This document shows, piece by piece, positions 62,640 to 64,000 of a stretch of 64,000 bases of DNA (positions are counted from its first letter, which is position 1; each line of letters starts with the position of its first letter). A program made the position numbers and the translations under genes. Below the pieces are notes generated by a model. That model saw only the letters and a program-made list of their open reading frames with translations, was not told where the DNA came from and did not search any database. Where the stretch lies: positions 78,864,278 through 78,928,277 of the forward strand of contig NC_068989.1 of assembly GCF_001194135.2 (NCBI RefSeq), written 5' to 3'. The stretch comes from Octopus bimaculoides (taxonomy: Eukaryota).

Positions 62640-62846
62640 TATTTTTTATTTGTTTTGGTCAATAGACTGTGGCCATGCTGGGGCATTACCTCGAAGAATT
62701 TTAGCTGAATGAATCGACCACAGTACGTTTTTTTCTTTTCTAAGCCTGATATTAATTCTATCAGTCTCTTTTACTTTTTCTGTCAGTCTCTTTTAAAGGG
62801 ACGTAAACACACCAACACTGGATGTCAAGCTGTGTGGGGGGCGGGC

Positions 62847-62881
<35 letters not shown>

Positions 62882-62900
62882 TCACACATACATATATATA
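62640..62900 (-). mobile_element. SINE family A 3' half, degenerate
   Basis: GACTGTGGCCATGCTGGGGCA..GGGACGTAAACACACCAACACTGG. Confidence 0.75.
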
Positions 62901-63031
62901 CGATGATCTGACATAGCCGACCTAAACTGCAATCAAAGCCATTCAGACCAGAACCATTCCTAGGTTCTCTTCCTCTCTCTCTATCTCTCTCTCTCTCTAG
63001 GGTGAGTGTTGGACAACAAGAAGTATATGAT

Positions 63032-63260
63032 TTAACCCTTTCCTTACCAACCCAGCTGAAACCAGCTCTGGCTCTGCGTACAAATGTCTTGATTTCATAA
63101 GTTTTGAATTAAAATCTTCCACCAAACCTTAGTCACAATTTATGTTCCTAACATGAGCTGAATGATAATTAAGTTATTTTACTAAATTCTTTGTTATATT
63201 TAATAGTAATTGAAAGAAACACAGGGGATCTCAAAATAAATAAAGTAATGAAATGGTTAA
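63032..63260. mobile_element. piggyBac-type (TTAA) MITE, uninterrupted
   Basis: TTAA-CCCTTT and AAATGG-TTAA ends; internal AATTTATGTTCC block shared with 43045-43736. Confidence 0.65.
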
Positions 63261-63968
63261 TAATCAGGTGGAAGGCAAAATATTTTGCAACTTTCGTAAT
63301 GTCTTAATTTCCGAGGACACCACATCCTTCAAAATTCCATGCTTCCCCAAATTCGCCAACAGTATACTTGGGGAGGAGGAAGAGGCGGAGGCATATATCA
63401 AATAGGATAATCTAAGAAAAGAATAATAAGCCACTGCATAAAATAACACAATTTGCTTCTGATTGATTCAAATAACCTTTTTAGGGTTTTTTTTTTGTTG
63501 TTTTTTTTTGTCTTTGCAAAACCATGTGGAGGGAGCATTTGTTTGTAAAATGCCATTCAATAAAAGGGGTCACTGAGCTATAAAAGGGTAAGAACCACCA
63601 CCCTAAATACAATCATTTGTGTGCTTTCAACAAGCTATTTGAACATTCAGAATGAAAGTGTAGAATCCAAGGAAACGAGCAACAATCTCCAGTCTGTGTC
63701 AGCAAATAATTAAAAAAGAACGTTTGCATAAATTAGAATAAATTGATAAATTAATTATTATCACCACAAGGAAGAAGAAAATTATTAAAATAATCCTCCT
63801 CCTCCTCCTCTTCTTTTTCACAACAATTTTTTAAAACTATTTTGTGAACTTTCTCAACATTCCATAACCCTCGTTTTACAACTGCTCACGTTGACAGAAA
63901 CATAAGGACAGCTGCTCTATCTCCACTGATTTTTGTTGCACATATACCCACATAAAAACTCCACATAC

Positions 63969-64000
<32 letters not shown>

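Noticed and set aside
63255-63449. Open frames on both strands near the window end
   Set aside because: Short, weak splice signals, no recognisable homology.

Overview
AT-rich, gap-riddled eukaryotic (animal) genomic DNA. The SINE families, RTE retroposon tails and very dense microsatellites look like an octopus genome, probably a draft short-read assembly; this species call is inference from pattern recognition, not a database match. There is no intact multi-codon gene I can name. The ORF-track entries are N-gap read-throughs, microsatellite translations or transposon relics. Most of the sequence is tRNA-derived SINEs (at least four head/tail combinations, often stacked or nested), RTE-clade LINE remnants, decayed mariner and Tigger/pogo transposases, hAT, mariner and piggyBac-type MITEs, a Penelope-like fragment, a 196-bp higher-order minisatellite and a tRNA-Glu(CTC) lacking its 5' acceptor strand. 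The most interesting signals are: (1) a textbook minus-strand recursive-splice-type site (polypyrimidine-CAG|GTAAGT) followed by an 85-nt exon with stops in all three frames and a second strong donor, at 35011-35117; (2) a CpG-decay mosaic in the repeats, suggesting methylated gene bodies at <4.6 kb and >34.7 kb around an unmethylated block; (3) several degenerate minimal hammerhead-ribozyme motifs of the Penelope type; (4) two divergent CTCF-like motifs; (5) two local assembly errors visible directly in the sequence. Most repeat boundaries are approximate, read by eye.
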